Virus record (IMG/VR): IMGVR_UViG_3300036790_000048
Location: 75,588 to 139,587 of that record
DNA length: 64,000 nucleotides
From: a virus
Taxonomy: Duplodnaviria > Caudoviricetes
Reading direction: 5' to 3' (one strand)
The first letter of the stretch is position 1, and each line of letters begins with the position of its first letter. This document shows positions 62,492 through 64,000 of the stretch, piece by piece. Below the pieces are notes generated by a model, which worked only from the letters and a program-made list of their open reading frames with translations, made no database searches and was not told where the DNA came from. Made by a program: the position numbers and the translations under genes.

Positions 62492-63454
62492 TCACCCGCG
62501 CCATACCCCAGACGGATCGAACTTGCGAAAGTACTCGTACGTCCGCTTCATGCCCTCGGCCAGGTCCATCGTCGGCTCCCAGCCGAGCGCCAGCAGTTCC
62601 CCGTTGTCGAGGGACTTGCGCATGGTGACGCGCTCGGGCGGCGGCTGCACGCTGATCTTGGACTTGCTGTCGGTCAGCTCGACCACCATGCGCGCCAGAG
62701 TGGCGACGTCAATATGATCATCGTTCCGGTTGACGTTCCACGTGCCGGACGTCTCCGACTCCATGATGTCCACCAGGCCGCGAACCGTGTCCCCGACCCA
62801 GGTCAGACACCGGCTGGTGCCCTCGTGCACCACGATGTCATAGCCGACCTCGGCCTCCCACAGCATCGAGTGGAGCACGTTGTAGCCGACCGTCCCCGGC
62901 TTGCCAGACGTGGCCGGCTGCTCCCCCGGCCACGGCGTCCAGTAAGCAGGCCCGTAAGGCATATTCAGTCGAGTAACCATCAGGCCGTCCGGCGCGTACA
63001 GCCATGCCGCCTCTTCCGACCACTTCTTGCTCAGCCCGTACATGTTCATGGGCCGCAGCGGCGAGTCAGCGTAGACCGTGCCCTGGTTGGCGATGTCCCC
63101 GTAGACCTCGCTGCTGCTCATCAGCATCATCCGAGCGCCCTGCACCGCGCAATCGCGCGCCAGCATGGCGGTGAGACCAGCGTTCATACCCGCCGTCTTC
63201 ACCATGTCCACCTCACCCCACACGCGCCCGTACAGCGCCGCCAGGTGGATCACGACGTCCGGCCGCATGACCTGCAGCCAGTGCATCCACTTCCCCTGGT
63301 CGCACAGGTCGAACGTGCGGAACGTGGACCAAGCCGCCCGCGTGCAGTTGGGCCGCCTCAGGTCCTGCGCGTGCACCTCGTGCCCGCGAGCGCCCAGCTC
63401 CGCCGTCAGCCACCCGCCGATGTACCCGCCTGCCCCAGTAACGCACACGCGCAT
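62492..63454 (-). CDS. NAD-dependent nucleotide-sugar epimerase/dehydratase
   Basis: TGAGGYIG, HLAA, SSSEVYG, YGLSK and PYGP motifs. Confidence 0.95.
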   Translation of the reverse strand: MRVCVTGAGGYIGGWLTAELGARGHEVHAQDLRRPNCTRAAWSTFRTFDLCDQGKWMHWLQVMRPDVVIHLAALYGRVWGEVDMVKTAGMNAGLTAMLARDCAVQGARMMLMSSSEVYGDIANQGTVYADSPLRPMNMYGLSKKWSEEAAWLYAPDGLMVTRLNMPYGPAYWTPWPGEQPATSGKPGTVGYNVLHSMLWEAEVGYDIVVHEGTSRCLTWVGDTVRGLVDIMESETSGTWNVNRNDDHIDVATLARMVVELTDSKSKISVQPPPERVTMRKSLDNGELLALGWEPTMDLAEGMKRTYEYFRKFDPSGVWRG

Positions 63455-63455
63455 G

Positions 63456-64000
63456 TCAGCCCTCTTGTTTCCAACGATAAACCTGCGTCAGCACCCGCAC
63501 AGCGCGCGAGCGCTCGACCCTGTTGGCCGGGCTATCGTACGCAGGGTGGTTGCCCGTCCCCATCAGCGCCCGCCCCTGCAGGTGCGTCTCGTCCGGCTCG
63601 GTCCCCACGATGTCCGGCCGGTCGTGCTGGATCTTCACCGGGACGTTGACCTCCACGCCCAGCCGCCGGGCGATCTCCGACACCCAGACGTCGATGTTCG
63701 GTGACATGCTCGCGTAGCCGAGCACCTCGTACCAGAACTGCGGCCAGATGGGGAACAGGTTGCCGCCCTGGTCGTGGTTGACGTACGGCCACAGGACGTA
63801 GCGGTTGTCCATGGCCTCGATGATCTCGTCCCAGCCCTCGGTTTCCATCACCGAGTCGTCGTTCCACAGCATCAGCCACTCGCCGGTGGCCTGCCCGGCC
63901 AGGAAGTTGACGTACTGGTGCAGCCCGCTGTAGCCGTACCGCTTGGGCGCGACCCACGCCGCCGCGGTCTCCTTCTCGTACTGGAGCATCGCCGTGGCGC
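63456..64000 (-). CDS. GT2 glycosyltransferase (probably 5'-truncated by window edge), paralogue of 61849..62466
   Basis: RYGY..L..Y.N.LA.QATGEWL.LWNDD and FPIWP motifs. Confidence 0.85.
   Translation of the reverse strand, partial: ATAMLQYEKETAAAWVAPKRYGYSGLHQYVNFLAGQATGEWLMLWNDDSVMETEGWDEIIEAMDNRYVLWPYVNHDQGGNLFPIWPQFWYEVLGYASMSPNIDVWVSEIARRLGVEVNVPVKIQHDRPDIVGTEPDETHLQGRALMGTGNHPAYDSPANRVERSRAVRVLTQVYRWKQEG

Noticed and set aside
1-64000. Prophage boundaries, integrase or att sites
   Set aside because: None visible; lifestyle and exact host cannot be determined from this window.

Overview
This window is the virion-morphogenesis arm of a large, high-GC tailed phage (siphovirus type). The host is most likely an actinobacterium. 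Almost every real gene lies on the minus strand. In transcription order (right to left) it carries: a glycosyltransferase/methyltransferase/epimerase cluster; a probable small terminase; a conserved hypothetical gene followed by a structured RNA locus and tRNA-Lys; a family of tagged head-associated proteins; large terminase, portal and a MuF-like protein; two tagged kinase-toxin proteins; protease/scaffold, decoration protein and major capsid; neck genes; a separately promoted accessory island (GT4, DUF932); a putative lysis cassette; major tail, frameshifting chaperone, 2962-aa tape measure, Dit and a 1901-aa tail-tip/fibre protein; then small membrane and secreted genes. No integrase, CRISPR array or host genes are visible. 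Best candidates for something new: (1) a ncRNA at about 56168-56516 with a circularly permuted tRNA-like domain and a caged (CAGNNN)7 loop, directly behind a conserved uncharacterised gene; (2) head-region proteins sharing 'SSLEKVLRLA' / 'ERGRxEHV' tags, two of them fused to zeta-toxin and PI4K/HipA-like kinase domains; (3) a large putative virion-glycosylation cluster with GT13- and GT17-like enzymes; (4) a phage-specific CGATA motif 8-9 nt before many start codons. All family calls come from motif recognition by eye, not database searches.
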